Part shown: in pieces, positions 1 to 11,425 of the stretch
How the letters are laid out: every line of letters begins with the position of its first letter
How positions within the stretch are numbered: the stretch's first letter is position 1
Source: Octopus bimaculoides
Taxonomy: Eukaryota
Assembly: GCF_001194135.2 (NCBI RefSeq)
Contig: NC_068984.1
Location: forward strand, 81,325,370 to 81,368,133
DNA: 42,764 bases
Direction: 5' to 3'
Translations under genes and position numbers: made by a program
Notes under the pieces: generated by a model
What the model was told of the DNA's origin: nothing
Databases searched by the model: none
The model's input: the letters and a program-made list of their open reading frames with translations, nothing else

Positions 1-84
<84 letters not shown>

Positions 85-85
85 A
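1..85. repeat. Compound (TA)n/(TG)n microsatellite
   Basis: Read directly: (TA)n-(TG)n-(TA)n run at the window start. Confidence 0.97.
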
Positions 86-149
86 ATGTGAGACTCTTTA
101 TCCCCAGAATCTTTGAGTTACTGCATTTATCTTCATGTAGATTATCAAC

Positions 150-620
150 AGTCAGGCTAAAAGTATGAAACAGGGACAAAACAGGTGTCTTGTGATTGAG
201 GAGATACATAGGTACCTCAGTAGAAAAAGAAGACAGAATGATGGACTTGAAGCATCAGGGCATACTCTCAAAGTGCAGGGTACACAGAGACAGAAAATAG
301 GAAGTGGTGTATGTGTGTGCGTGGGGGGGGGTAGAGAATCTAGGATAACTGGATGGATGGGTAGGTAAGGAGGGTGAAGGGGAGTGTGTGGGAGGCAGAA
401 GATGCAATGACAGTGGTTAGGTATATATAGGGGGTGGATATAATGAGTTACAAAAAGGGATGACAATAGCAGAAATGGATATTCAGGTGAAATGGACATC
501 CAGTAGGAATAAAGTTGGGAGTGCAGGATAAGGGGAAGGAATACGTGCATGGAAAAAAAAATCGGATGGCCATGGCTGGAGTGCCTTTGGTCATAAGTTT
601 GCTTTAGCAAGAATGTCCTG
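150..620. repeat. GA-rich low-complexity tract, possibly a decayed repeat
   Basis: Strong purine bias on the + strand. This explains the low-complexity 169-aa minus ORF 152-661, which is rich in P/H/L/C and not credible as a protein. Confidence 0.5.
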
Positions 621-1963
621 TAATTAAACAACAGAAAGAACAGCAGGTGATCTGCAGTCACTGGTAGAGTGCTTGAGAGAAGTGTCTTAGTACTTTTTAC
701 ATCATGGATATGCCTGTCAAACTAAATTGACAAAACTTGAGATATTGCCATAAAAAATAAGACAAGAAAAATACAGAAAACAGAAACAAAAACAAGAAAA
801 GAATAGAAAAAAATGAAAAAGAAAACTTCAAAAATTTACTTAAAACAGGAAAAAATGTGTTAAAGTATAACTGGGGCTGGCCAGTAGGCCAGCAAGTTTG
901 TCAATTTCACTATTAATAGAAGTAGCATCAATGTTTATTGCTATAATTTCTCACTTGTTTGTTGATCAACATGTAATCATTGTGTTAGGTTAGGTTAAAA
1001 TTGGTTAATTAGTTAAGGTGGATATTCTATTTATACTACAAATTATATCAAGAATTTTGTCTCATCATACAGTTTCATATCTGCTTCTTTATATTTTTAT
1101 CTTGAATCAGCCATTCTACAATTTATAGAGACACCTCTTGATCATCAGAATTCAGATAACAGAGTCAGATGAACCAGCTAAAGAAGGCACCCATGCATAT
1201 TGTATAAACAGTATGAACAGGTGCAAGCATGGCTTAAGGAACTGGTATTGCAATTGCATGGTTTTGGATTCAGTCCCACTGTACAGCAACTTGGGCAACT
1301 GTCTTTTACTATCACCCCAGGTCAACCAATGCCTTCTAAGTAAATTTGGTGGACAGAGAAACTCTGTGGAAGCTTGTCATGTGTGTGTATGTATATGTCT
1401 TTTTTGTTTAACCCTCGACATGTGTTGGTTTGTCTACATCCCTCTAACTTGGCAATTCAGTTACAGAGACTGACAGAATAAGACTAGATTTATAAAACAA
1501 AACAAAACAAAACAGAAAAACCTAAATGCTGAGGCTGATTCAATTGACTAAACCTCATCAATGTTAATTATCTTCATGATTGCAATTAAATGACTGAAAC
1601 AAGTTAAAATTAAAAGGGACCTAAATTGGAAACCAATGTTTGTTAATAATTTAGAATTTTTTTATCATTTAATTAAGTCTTATTAAATGCACAATTTTGA
1701 ACTACAATTTTATATAAGTTGGTATTAAAAAAAAATCTTTTTACCCTAAAATTTCTCAGCAATAAATTTCTTGGCACTAAGGATGCAATTTTTACCAAAA
1801 TTAAATTTTAAAAAATTCATTATGAGTCCTAGAATAAAAAGATCACATTTTTTATATGCCAATTTTATCCCTAATGAACAGGCTCTATGCTAACTTACCA
1901 TTGTCTCCACACTGTAAAGGTAAAAGAAAAATATGCAGACTATAAGTGATCAAAATAAGATCT

Positions 1964-2023
1964 TTATATACCAATAAGCCACTAAGGAATCATCTTATAT
2001 ACCAATAAGCCACTAAGGAATCA
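1964..2023. repeat. 31-bp-period tandem duplication
   Basis: ttatataccaataagccactaaggaatca occurs identically at 1964-1992 and 1995-2023. Confidence 0.95.
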
Positions 2024-2037
2024 ATACCAATGACATT

Positions 2038-2175
2038 ATTTACATTTGACGGATATTCGTCCTCATCTTGTTTGTTGTTAACACAACGTTTCGACTGATA
2101 TACCCTCCAGCCTTCATCAGGTGTCTTGGGGAAATTTCGAACCTGGGTTCTCATTCCTATCGATGTTACTATTAT
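2038..2175 (-). mobile_element. Short 5'-truncated retroposon insertion carrying a hammerhead ribozyme, with a 13-bp TSD
   Basis: Perfect direct repeat taccaatgacatt at 2025-2037 and 2176-2188 brackets a 138-bp, more GC-rich insert that contains a hammerhead core. Confidence 0.75.
2080..2125 (-). ncRNA. Minimal type-I hammerhead ribozyme (Penelope-like/retrozyme architecture)
   Basis: The minus strand reads GACAC-CUGAUGA-A-GGCUG-gagggUaUaU-CAGUC-GAA-ACGU-U-GUGUU. This gives stem I GACAC/GUGUU, core CUGAUGA...GAAA, a 5-bp stem II with one G.U pair, a palindromic ACGU stem III and a GUU cleavage triplet. Confidence 0.8.
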
Positions 2176-2606
2176 TACCAATGACATTGTTTAAGAATTC
2201 ATGTTTAGAAGTGTTTCTCAAATTTCTCACTACATAAATGCCTAATAAGCTAATGTCTTTTATGAACAATTTTAAAAAATATATATATTTCTGAACAATT
2301 TAATCTATATTCAGAAAAGGAAAAGGTTGAATCTTTTATGCTAATATATAACACAAGTGAAGGTATGTTGTAAATGAAGCATAGACAGAGTGAATGACAG
2401 TGTTTTGAATAGGATGGCAGAATGTTGAAGAGTTTGCATTCTAAACAAATAAAATGAAAATATCTGGTGACACATATATTATGTTCAAAGCAATGTGCAT
2501 ATTTAATGTAATGTGCATAAAATAAAAATATAAAACAAAAAGCATTGTGATGTTAAGCAAAGCTAGGATAATGATAGTTGAATACAACTGTGAGCATGAA
2601 ATTAAT

Positions 2607-2775
2607 ATTGGTTTCAAATTTTGGCACAAGGCCAGCAATATTGGAGTAGAGAGAAATTTGATTACATTGACCCTACTAAGTCAAGAGGTATTTATTTTGT
2701 CGACCATGAAAAGATGAAAGGCAAAGTTGAACTCAGAATGTAAAAATTTGGCAAAAATGCTGCTAAGCATTTTGT
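2607..2775 (-). mobile_element. tRNA-derived SINE family B, decayed copy
   Basis: Aligns by eye to the cleaner copies at 29587-29804 and 8132-8510 (ggcacaaggcc...aagatgaaaggcaaagt...gaactcagaa). Confidence 0.75.
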
Positions 2776-3210
2776 TCAACAGTATGCATGAAATTAACAT
2801 TAGTTATTGCTTGGCCCCAAGCAAGTCCTGATCCAGCAGACCTATGATCAAAAGTAATTCAGCCATAATCAACATGTCCCTTTGTATATCATATACCAAG
2901 GAATAATTGTCCAATTTATTCTTCTTTATTTAAAGACAGTAAGGTACGACTTGAAAGATTTGGATGCTGAAGATATTAATCAGTTCAACGATGCTGAACT
3001 TCAATGGTGAGAAAAGAATCAGTATGTCATGTATTTGTATCATAAATGGTGGAAAATAGCATTACTGTTTCTAAGTTTCTAATGGGTCAGTCATAGGTTC
3101 ACTGCATTTCTGGTGACAAGAGTGACAAAAGGAATGTCTATGTAGAACAAATATTGCAACAGACTATATTTAAAAAGTAGGGAGCTTTCCTACCAATATT
3201 ATATATATCA

Positions 3211-3577
3211 TTGTTGTTGGCACTCCATCGCTTATGACATCAAGGGTTCCAGTTGATCTGATCAATGGAACAGCCTGCTCATGAAATTAACGTGCAAGTG
3301 GCTGAGCACTCCACAGACACGTGGACCCTTAACGTAGTTCTCGGGGATATTCGGCGTGACACAGTGTGACAAGGTACAACAGAAACAGGAAGTAAGAGTG
3401 AGAGAAAGTTGTGGTGAAAGAGTACAGCAGGGTTCGCCACCATCCCCTGCCGGAGCCTCGTGGAGCTTTTAGGTGTTTTCGCTCAATAAACACTCACAAC
3501 GCCCGGTCTGGGAATCGAAACCGCGATCCTATGACTGCGAATCCGCTGCCCTAACCACTTAGCCATTGTGCCTCCAC
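3211..3577 (-). mobile_element. Full-length tRNA-headed SINE (family C) with a 14-bp TSD
   Basis: The minus-strand head ggaggcacaaTGGCTAAGTGGttagggcagcgg...GGTTTCGATTCCCag has Pol III A- and B-box-like motifs. The tail is (CAA)n, and the perfect TSD tattatatatatca lies at 3197-3210 and 3578-3591. Confidence 0.9.
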
Positions 3578-3684
3578 TATTATATATATCAATACAAGAT
3601 AAACACACACAGACATTTTTCTGCCTACTAAATTCCACATACAAGGTCCTGACCAATTCTAGATGATGGTCGCAGTATTTTTAA

Positions 3685-3874
3685 CCCTTTAACATATATC
3701 TTACTCAAGTGCAATGCTTATTTATTCACATTATTTTGAATTAAATATGCATAACGATGTGATTGTTCATTTTTAAGATGACACTGAATGGGAGGTGTGA
3801 GAGGTTGGTCCAGCCAATTTGAACATAAAACAGGTAGAATATTTGAGCTGGATATTGCTGGTTTAAATGCTTAA
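3685..3874 (+). mobile_element. piggyBac-type MITE family 1, decayed copy
   Basis: Starts TTAA|CCCTTT and is homologous to 9578-9796 (gtaggtgtgagagg...tttgaacataaaacag). The right TIR is eroded. Confidence 0.75.
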
Positions 3875-4450
3875 CAGTTGAACCAGGAATCAAGTGACTG
3901 TAAAGGAAACCGCTTAGCCATACAACCATACCTGTACCCATGAATAAAAAGCTAATATTAGTTATAGAAATGATATTTCCAAAAGAATCTTTATCATATT
4001 GTACTCTGGGAAACTGAAGGTTACTAATAAGAATAAAAATAACCTGAATTGATTGTTTATATACTTTTTTTGATTGACAAGTTGCAATCAATAGAAATTT
4101 ACAATAAAAAAACAAAAAACAAACTAATTTCAAAAATAACTGCAACAAAAGAAACAATTAGGGATATTTAATCCTAAATAACTAATCAAATAGATATATA
4201 GTCAAAGACATTCCAACCATGGTTGCCTTGCTTATCTATACCTAGGATTATTTTATCTAATGCACCCATCCATTTTTGAGACATTAGGATGTGCTTTTTG
4301 GGAGATTTGGCTATTTCTAGCAGATTGAGAAATTGTGTAGAAGCTCCCACAGAAACTCACTTCATTGTGGTTTGATCGCAATATAAGTTAATAACTGCAG
4401 AAATGACTGTTTCTTATATGACCCAAAAAGATCTGGCTGACCATTCTTAA

Positions 4451-4862
4451 TCTACTACATATGTGGGAAATTCTGTCTGTGGGTGTGTTTGTGGAGTTAT
4501 TAGCTAACTCCTCCTACATTGTTTTATCGATTTTGATGAAACTTGACACATGAGTAGAACTCATGTCTGGAAACCTCGTGGCATACTCAGATTGTTGATT
4601 CACAGCTTATTTATTCTTCAGGATGGTAAAGATAATAAATTATTATAGATTCTTGGTAAAAATAAGAGCAGTACCAGATTAAAATCCTATACTAAAGAAT
4701 AGAACAGAGAGACTAAGACCAAATAGGTAATAAATATATTAATAATAGTCTTGAATGCTAATATAAAGAACTCTCAAAATAAGAGTATGTGCAATTGTTA
4801 TATTTTTGCTTTTAAAACTAAAGACCAAAATTTAAAGAATGTAATGTTATTAAGCCTACTAG
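4451..4862 (+). mobile_element. Possible non-autonomous Helitron-type element
   Basis: A|TCTACTAC...CTAG|T boundaries. The internal ctgtctgt...aactcctcctac...cgattttgatgaaacttgacaca motif resembles Helitron/HINE-type non-autonomous elements. No clear 3' hairpin remains. Confidence 0.45.
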
Positions 4863-5670
4863 TATACACTAATATAATAAACACATCATAACTATTAATA
4901 GTGTTAATCCTTTCCTATTGTATTTCTCATAAAATACACCATTCATGTGTTAAATTTTCACTCACAAGGCTTTGGTTGACCTGGGGCTGTAGTAACATTG
5001 GTCAAAATGCCACGCAGCAGGACTGAACTTGAAAGCACACAGTTAGGAAATAAGCTTCTTACCCCTGACACACACATTTTCCATATAAAACATAAAAACT
5101 GTAAAGTTGTGAGATACTGAAAAAAAGCAGTGATATGCATGCAAGTACATATGCACAAGCAAACAATAAATATAAATATCTCCAATAGCCTGAAGAGGCT
5201 TTTAAAAGCTAATCCAGAGCATTGATTTAATAGTGTTAAGTGGGTGAGATAACTCTCTTCCTGGACTGGATGACAGTTTACTACATGTGTGCAACCATAA
5301 TCCTTGCAAAAGCATGACACATAAGAAACAGCACAAGATAGCAGGTTATCCCAATACCAGAGATCTATTCTGAATGCTTGAAGAAGGGGAAACTGTACTA
5401 AGGGTGGCCCCAGGTCCTACAATAACTTTCTAGAAAAATGTATACCCCACTGGTGGTTGGTAAAAAAAACTTCATTCTTAATATTTTATCACAATTATTT
5501 AATACAGAAATCTACCGGTAACCCTTTTATTAAGTACAGAGTACAAAGAAAAGTACATTATTGACTAAGAAAAAAAATGAATCGTTTTATGAAAACCTTG
5601 TGCCTGGTGATTACAGTACCATATCTCACCACATTTTTCTCAGACCCCATGTTGGGAATCACTGGATTAA

Positions 5671-5881
5671 TCCTTTTGATATCATCCTGCTTGAGACTGC
5701 TTCTGATTCTATGATACAAACTTCATGTTTTAAACTGATCTAAATTAAAACCTTCCATAACACTTTTCAAGTTAAATAACATCACCTTAATAATTTTAAA
5801 ATTATTTTACTAAATTCATTATTTTCAAAACTGACAAAAGCAAAAGCAGCATATTTCAACAGAAATATGGTAACAAAAGGG
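5671..5881 (+). mobile_element. piggyBac MITE family 2, decayed copy
   Basis: ttaa|tccttttgatatc...aaatatggtaacaaaaggg|ttca. The interior is homologous to the reverse complement of 33205-33424 (aattaaaaccttcc, ttattttactaaattc). Confidence 0.75.
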
Positions 5882-6458
5882 TTCAATCTACACAACCCAA
5901 CAACTATTAGAGTCCATGTGACGAAGTTCCATTCCACATAGTTTCCATCTACCTGATGTTGTGTAAAAAGCATGAACTTGATGTTATGATAGAAAACACT
6001 TACCCAAGGTGCAGTGCAGTGAAACTGGACCTGAAACCTTGTGATTTTGAAGTGGACTTCTTAATTACACAGACATGCCTCTGATAGTAAGGTAAATCAA
6101 GGCACCTGTATTAAAATGTAATGTCAAAACATATGAGACATACTCAGTGGTTCTGAATTTAAAAGCTAGAGGATAGGGAGTGGATGCATGTAACCAACAT
6201 GAAGACAAAAAAAAGTGTACTGGCATTTTTACTAACTATTATAACTGAAAATCAAGAGTCATCCCAAATGGCTTTTCAATAAATAAGTGTAACTACAAGT
6301 GTTGTCTGACTACAAAGTTATGGTAATTGCTAAAACAATTATGACACATATTTGAGGATCATGAAAAGTAGTTAAAAATCCAAAGTGATTTTACTGAAAA
6401 TTAATGACATATTTGCACACACACACACACTCTCCATGTTGCAGATGAACAGTTAAAT

Positions 6459-6594
6459 CAGTCATGGGCAATCTTTTTTGAGAAGCTCGCCACATGAAAC
6501 ATGGCTCATCATCAGGTGGGCCACACTACTAAAAAAAATCCAAGGTTACTTTCATAGAGAAAGTCCTACGGGCCACACAGGTTGCCTGTGACTG
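6459..6594 (+). mobile_element. hAT-type MITE with a perfect 8-bp TSD
   Basis: Imperfect TIRs cagtcatgggcaa / ttgcctgtgactg. TSD agttaaat at 6451-6458 and 6595-6602. Confidence 0.88.
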
Positions 6595-8131
6595 AGTTAA
6601 ATGGATATGATTTCCAAGTATCTTAACGTTTTGCCTGTCCAAAGTATTTTCATAAGCTTGTCCTAAATGTCCATGCTTGTTTTTAGATGTTTAGTTAACC
6701 CTTATATTACACGTCCTGAGTAATGTAAAACTTTCATTTCATTAATACCAAGCTACTCTGATAATTGGAAAAAATATTAGGAATGTGTATCATATATAAT
6801 GCACGGATGCCAGAGAAATATGTCCTATGTATTAATATCTAATACACAGGACAAGGTATAGGGTCAAATATATATTTGTAGATTACAGAATAGATTGTCA
6901 AAAGATCTTCTGTCAGTTTCAGTGAAGAGTTTTCTCATTGGTTGATGAACAGAACTACCAACATAGTGACTTTCAGAAGTGAATGTGCATTCCACGTACG
7001 CTTCTACCATTAACATAATCTCCAAGTAGGCTTTGCATGCCACAGTCTGGACCTTTGAATTTGAAATTAAAAGTACATACTATGTTTCAGACAAGATTCC
7101 ACAGCTTCTGTCAACCTAATTTCATTTCACTGACAAGCTGGAGTCAATTCATTTTTATGGCAAAAGACACTTGCCCAAAGTGTTGTGAGGAACTTCTGAG
7201 CCATTCAGTAATATATACAAACCACGCACTTATATTAAATGTGATCATATTTTCTTACTTACATACAGTATTACAATAATTAAAAAAATGGAAAATGGTC
7301 AAAGTTTGCATGTAATTTAAATGAGATTTATAACTATATAGCTCTTCAAATAGCCACAATTAAAACAAAATATAAGTATGAAATTAGAACAGATTAATGT
7401 CCACCGAGCTTGTCAAGGCCAGACATTTATACTTAAGAGATTAAGTAAAAAAAAAATGATAAAATTAGATAATTCAATAGATGAGATTATGGAGGACTAC
7501 ACCACACACATAAATATGCACACATTCATATGTGTGTGTGTGGATAGATATATGTATATATACTGCTGATTTTTTCATGCAATAAAACATTTCCATAATT
7601 TAACTATACTCATACTGTCAAATTCACCAACTGTTTCAATTCATGCTTATTTTACATTCAATTCTAATGTCACATTCTTTACAGTCATATATTCCTGAAC
7701 TTTTCTGTGATTTTCTTTGGTGTAGAACTAATCATTGCTTTAACTAGGATTACTAGAAAACATCATACAGAAAAACAATCAAATGCAAACAATTTCTTTC
7801 CTTTTCATTTTACACTATGTGAGTTAATCGAAAAGATTGCTTAGAAATATTAACTAAGTCATTCACTATGCTATGGAAGTTTTTGTCTCCAAAAGCAGTT
7901 GAAATACACACACAAAGCACATATATATTTTGTGTACTGTGATTACACAGCAACAAACAGTAAGTAATATCGTGACAGTAAATTTGCAAGATCATTCACT
8001 CTCTCTCTCTCAAACACACACACACACACAAATCTGTTAACATATATACACACAGAGTAAGTTAAATAATAATGGGGGCAATTTGAGGGGGAAGGGCAAA
8101 CAGCAAATGAAGTTAATATTGAAGTCTGTAA

Positions 8132-8510
8132 GGCAACGAGCTGTCAGAATCGTTAGCATGCCGGGCAAAATGTTTAGCGGTATTTCATCCAGCCTTAGGT
8201 TCTGAGTTCAAATTCTGCCAAGGTCGACTTTGCTATTCAGTCTATCAGAGTTGATAAAATAAGTACCAGTTGAATAATGGGGATTGATGCAATCAACTTA
8301 ACTCCTCCTCCNNNNNNNNNNCAGAATCGTTAGCATGCCGGGCAAAATGTTTAGCGGTATTTCATCCAGCCTTAGGTTCTGAGTTCAAATTCTGCCGAGG
8401 TCGACTTTGCTATTCAGTCTATCAGGGTTGATAAAATAAGTACCAGTTGAATAATGGGGATTGATGCAATCAACTTAACTCCTCCTCCAAAACTGCTGGC
8501 CTTGAAATCA
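8132..8510 (+). mobile_element. tRNA-derived SINE family B, duplicated across a 10-N gap
   Basis: Head ggcaacgagctgtcagaatcgttagc...ggttctgagttcaaattc. The segments 8145-8311 and 8322-8489 are near-identical with 2 substitutions, most likely a contig-overlap artefact. Confidence 0.85.
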
Positions 8511-9577
8511 ATATTGACAAAGTACCTTCTTATTAGGCAGTGGTAATTAGAGTTGCTTAATTTGAAATTCAATTATTTCAGCTACTTCAACAAATAGAAT
8601 GCCTCACAGTATATTTTGAGTTCAAATCCTGCCAAGGTCAATTTACCCTTTGGAAGGGAGTAAAAAAAGTACCAAACCAGGGCGGCAGATTAGCAAAGTG
8701 AGAGAACATCTGATAAGATGCTTTCTGATATTTGCCCCAGTTCTATGCATTCTGACAGCAACACCTGCAATGACACAGGTGCCAGCTATATTGGAACTAA
8801 AGTGACAGCTTTTCCTTAGGCAACATCAGTTGTGTGGAGAGTGGAGACTTATATAGACAACTGCCAGTTTTCTAGAAAAGCCCAAACTCAAGACCTGCAT
8901 ACACAAATGAAGATCTATATCAGACCTTGACCAACCCAACCACCCTGCAACACCCCTCCCCCACCCACACAAGCCTCAAAACAGTTCAAGCCTAGTCAGA
9001 TAAAAAGGTTGACTTTACACCTGTGGGGTCCTATAAGGGTTTGAACTTTGACCAGCAAGCAATTCTTCTGAAAAGATCTGTGACTGGCAACAGTTTTGTT
9101 GACAACCAGCAGATTAACAGAATTATGAAGTGGAATGAGGAGGGTAGGTCGATACGTTATTGTTATTTAATAATATTATTATACAAGATATCAAACATAT
9201 CATTTGACCTTAACAACTGCCAAAAATCATATCAGCAGAGCAATGATCACAGTGGTGAAATTTGTTAGAAGTACTAATAAAAGAAAAAGAAGGAATTCTT
9301 AAGATCTTAAGCACACAAGCAAGAAGGTGGGGGAAATATTAAGATTAATATTGTTAACCTTTACAAACATTTAAACCAAATAAACAATTTTCACTACCCA
9401 TCAATATATTTTTTTTAACCATCTGGAAAGTTCAATAAACAACAAGCACAGAATGAAAAATAATCATAATAAAAATATACATTTATTTTAAATCTGAAAT
9501 AGGATAGAAGAATGGAAGATAATGATATATTGTACATTGTACATAAAAAATGTGCCCCAGCATGACCACAGCTTTAA

Positions 9578-9796
9578 CCCTTTAGTGTTCAGATTATTCT
9601 ATCAAACATAATATGCTTATTGATTCACATTGATTTGAATTAATCATGCATTATCTCATCTTCAAGATCTTGATGGTGTAATTACTTAATGTAGCATAAC
9701 ATTGTAGGGTAGGTGTGAGAGCCTGGATCTGGTCAGTTTGAACATAAAACAGATGAAATATTTTGGCCGGATATGGCCGGTTTAAATACTAAAGGG
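9578..9796 (+). mobile_element. piggyBac-type MITE family 1 with a TTAA TSD
   Basis: TTAA|CCCTTTAGT...ACTAAAGGG|TTAA. It interrupts a family-A SINE tail (ccccagcatgaccacagct|...|agctgaaaca). Confidence 0.92.
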
Positions 9797-10184
9797 TTAA
9801 AGCTGAAACACTTAAAATAAAAGAATACTCAGGTGTGAAAAGAAAACACACCCCAAAAGTTTACAGTTTGCATGTGTGTATTCCTTTACTTATTTCTGTC
9901 ATTTGATTGTGGCCAGTTTTAATATGCACACTGTGTGAAAAGAATAATAATAATAAAAAAAAAAAATATAGAAAACCATACAGGTTTCTTGCTGACTCAG
10001 TTTCAGTATTAAGTTAAAATTTCAACTGCAGAGTTACAAAGGAATTGGGTCAATTAGAATTTTTGAGATAAATGGATAAGTGACGGAACACTACAACAAC
10101 TACAACTAATACAAGCAGTAGCAACAAAGAAAAATAAACAAGTGATGATAATAATAATAATAATCACAATCCTTTCTACTATAG

Positions 10185-10330
10185 CAGTCAAGGGCAACCT
10201 GCAGTCTACAGGACTTTCTGAATGGCATGGCTAATGAAAAATTACCTCAAATCTTTTAGTGGTGTGACCCCCTGCAATGATGAACCAAGTTTCATGTAGC
10301 CTGCTTCTTGAAAAAGGTCGCTCATGTGTC
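10185..10330 (+). mobile_element. hAT-type MITE nested in a SINE-B tail
   Basis: Starts cagtcaagggcaacc, like 6459. Flanked by tactatag/tactctag (8 bp, 1 mismatch). The SINE sequence resumes at acacaaggcctga. Confidence 0.65.
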
Positions 10331-10338
10331 TACTCTAG

Positions 10339-10495
10339 ACACAAGGCCTGACCCCAGTGCTCAGTTGTACTTATTTTATAAAACCAAAAGGATTTGGGCA
10401 GAATTTGAATTCAGAAAGTAAAGCTGAATAAAATGCTAGTAAGCATTTTATCTGGTGTGCTAACAATTCTGCCAGCTTACCACTTTTCAGCAACC
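10339..10495 (-). mobile_element. SINE family B copy
   Basis: Homologous to 29587-29804; its head ends at gccagcttaccac. Confidence 0.7.
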
Positions 10496-10496
<1 letters not shown>

Positions 10497-10552
<56 letters not shown>

Positions 10553-10554
10553 TT
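10497..10554. repeat. (AAT)n/(TAT)n microsatellite
   Basis: Read directly. It is the source of the poly-Ile/Asn stretch in ORF 10371-10676. Confidence 0.97.
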
Positions 10555-11049
10555 TCTAAAATTGGAAAAAGGCTACAAATTTCCTGGAAGAGGCAACAGT
10601 TGGTTAAATTGACTACAGTACAGAATTGATACTCATTTTGCCCCAGAAAGATGAACAGTATAGTTGACTTCAGCAAGATTAGAAACAGAGATCATAAAGA
10701 AGTGTAGCTAAAAGATTTGAGGTATTTAATCAGTCAACCACTCTAAAAATTCTGAAACTCCACTGCCCTACAACAATAGTAATATTTTCTCATTACTTAC
10801 TACAGTTATTTTTGCAAATATTTAATAAGCTTATTTCAATAATATTAGTATTTTCTCATTACTGATGTAATTATTGTATCAAAGAGAGCAGTATATTAAT
10901 TAATAACTTTTATATTCAAGTCCCCTGGCAACAAATGAAAATCAATATCATTAAGAGGGCTTGAACTCAAAACAGGGCCTGGAAAGGTTTGGTCTTAAAC
11001 AAACTTTCAAGGGTTTGAAATGAATAATTTTAAATTTTGCATATGCTTG

Positions 11050-11425
11050 GCTAGGGACATGCATGGTCAGACTTGGCTAGGTTGTATAGCTCACTTTGTG
11101 GTCTCCGGTTCCGTCCCTCTGCACAGTGTCTTGGACAATTGCCTTCTGCAAGAGCTTTAAGCCAACAGATGTTCTGTGAGTGAATTTTGTTGATAGAAAT
11201 TGTATAGAAAACCATTGTGTGTATGTGTGTGTTTGTCCACATCTCCATTTGATAACTGGTGCAGGTTTGTTTACATCCCCATAACTTAGTGGTTGAGCAA
11301 AAGAGAGTGACAGAATAAGTACCAGACTTAAAAATAAGTACTGGATCCAATTTGTTCAACTAAATCCTTCAAGGCAGTGCCCTAGCATGGCCACAGTTAA
11401 ATGACTGAAACAAGTAAAAGACAAA
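11050..11425 (+). mobile_element. SINE family A body and tail, decayed
   Basis: Contains gtttacatccccataacttagtggtt...agaataagtaccagac...agcatggccacagttaaatgactgaaacaagtaaaaga, matching 27531-27658. Confidence 0.75.

Noticed and set aside
588-625. Faint hammerhead-like remnant (ttgctaaagc...ccaaaggc on the minus strand)
   Set aside because: The core nucleotides are not present and the resemblance is too weak.
152-661. 169-aa minus-strand ORF
   Set aside because: It is the antisense of a GA-rich low-complexity tract, with biased composition and no domain motifs.
2315-2362. 48-nt + strand exon candidate (EKEKVESFMLIYNTSEG; CAG / AG|GTATGT)
   Set aside because: The splice motifs are plausible, but it is isolated and conflicts in strand with the minus-strand candidates. 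Similar + candidates at about 7685-7818, 25676-25712 and 29061-29114 are equally unsupported, so no CDS was called.
8145-8489. Apparent tandem SINE dimer
   Set aside because: Near-identical sequence on both sides of a 10-N gap; best explained as an unmerged allelic contig overlap.
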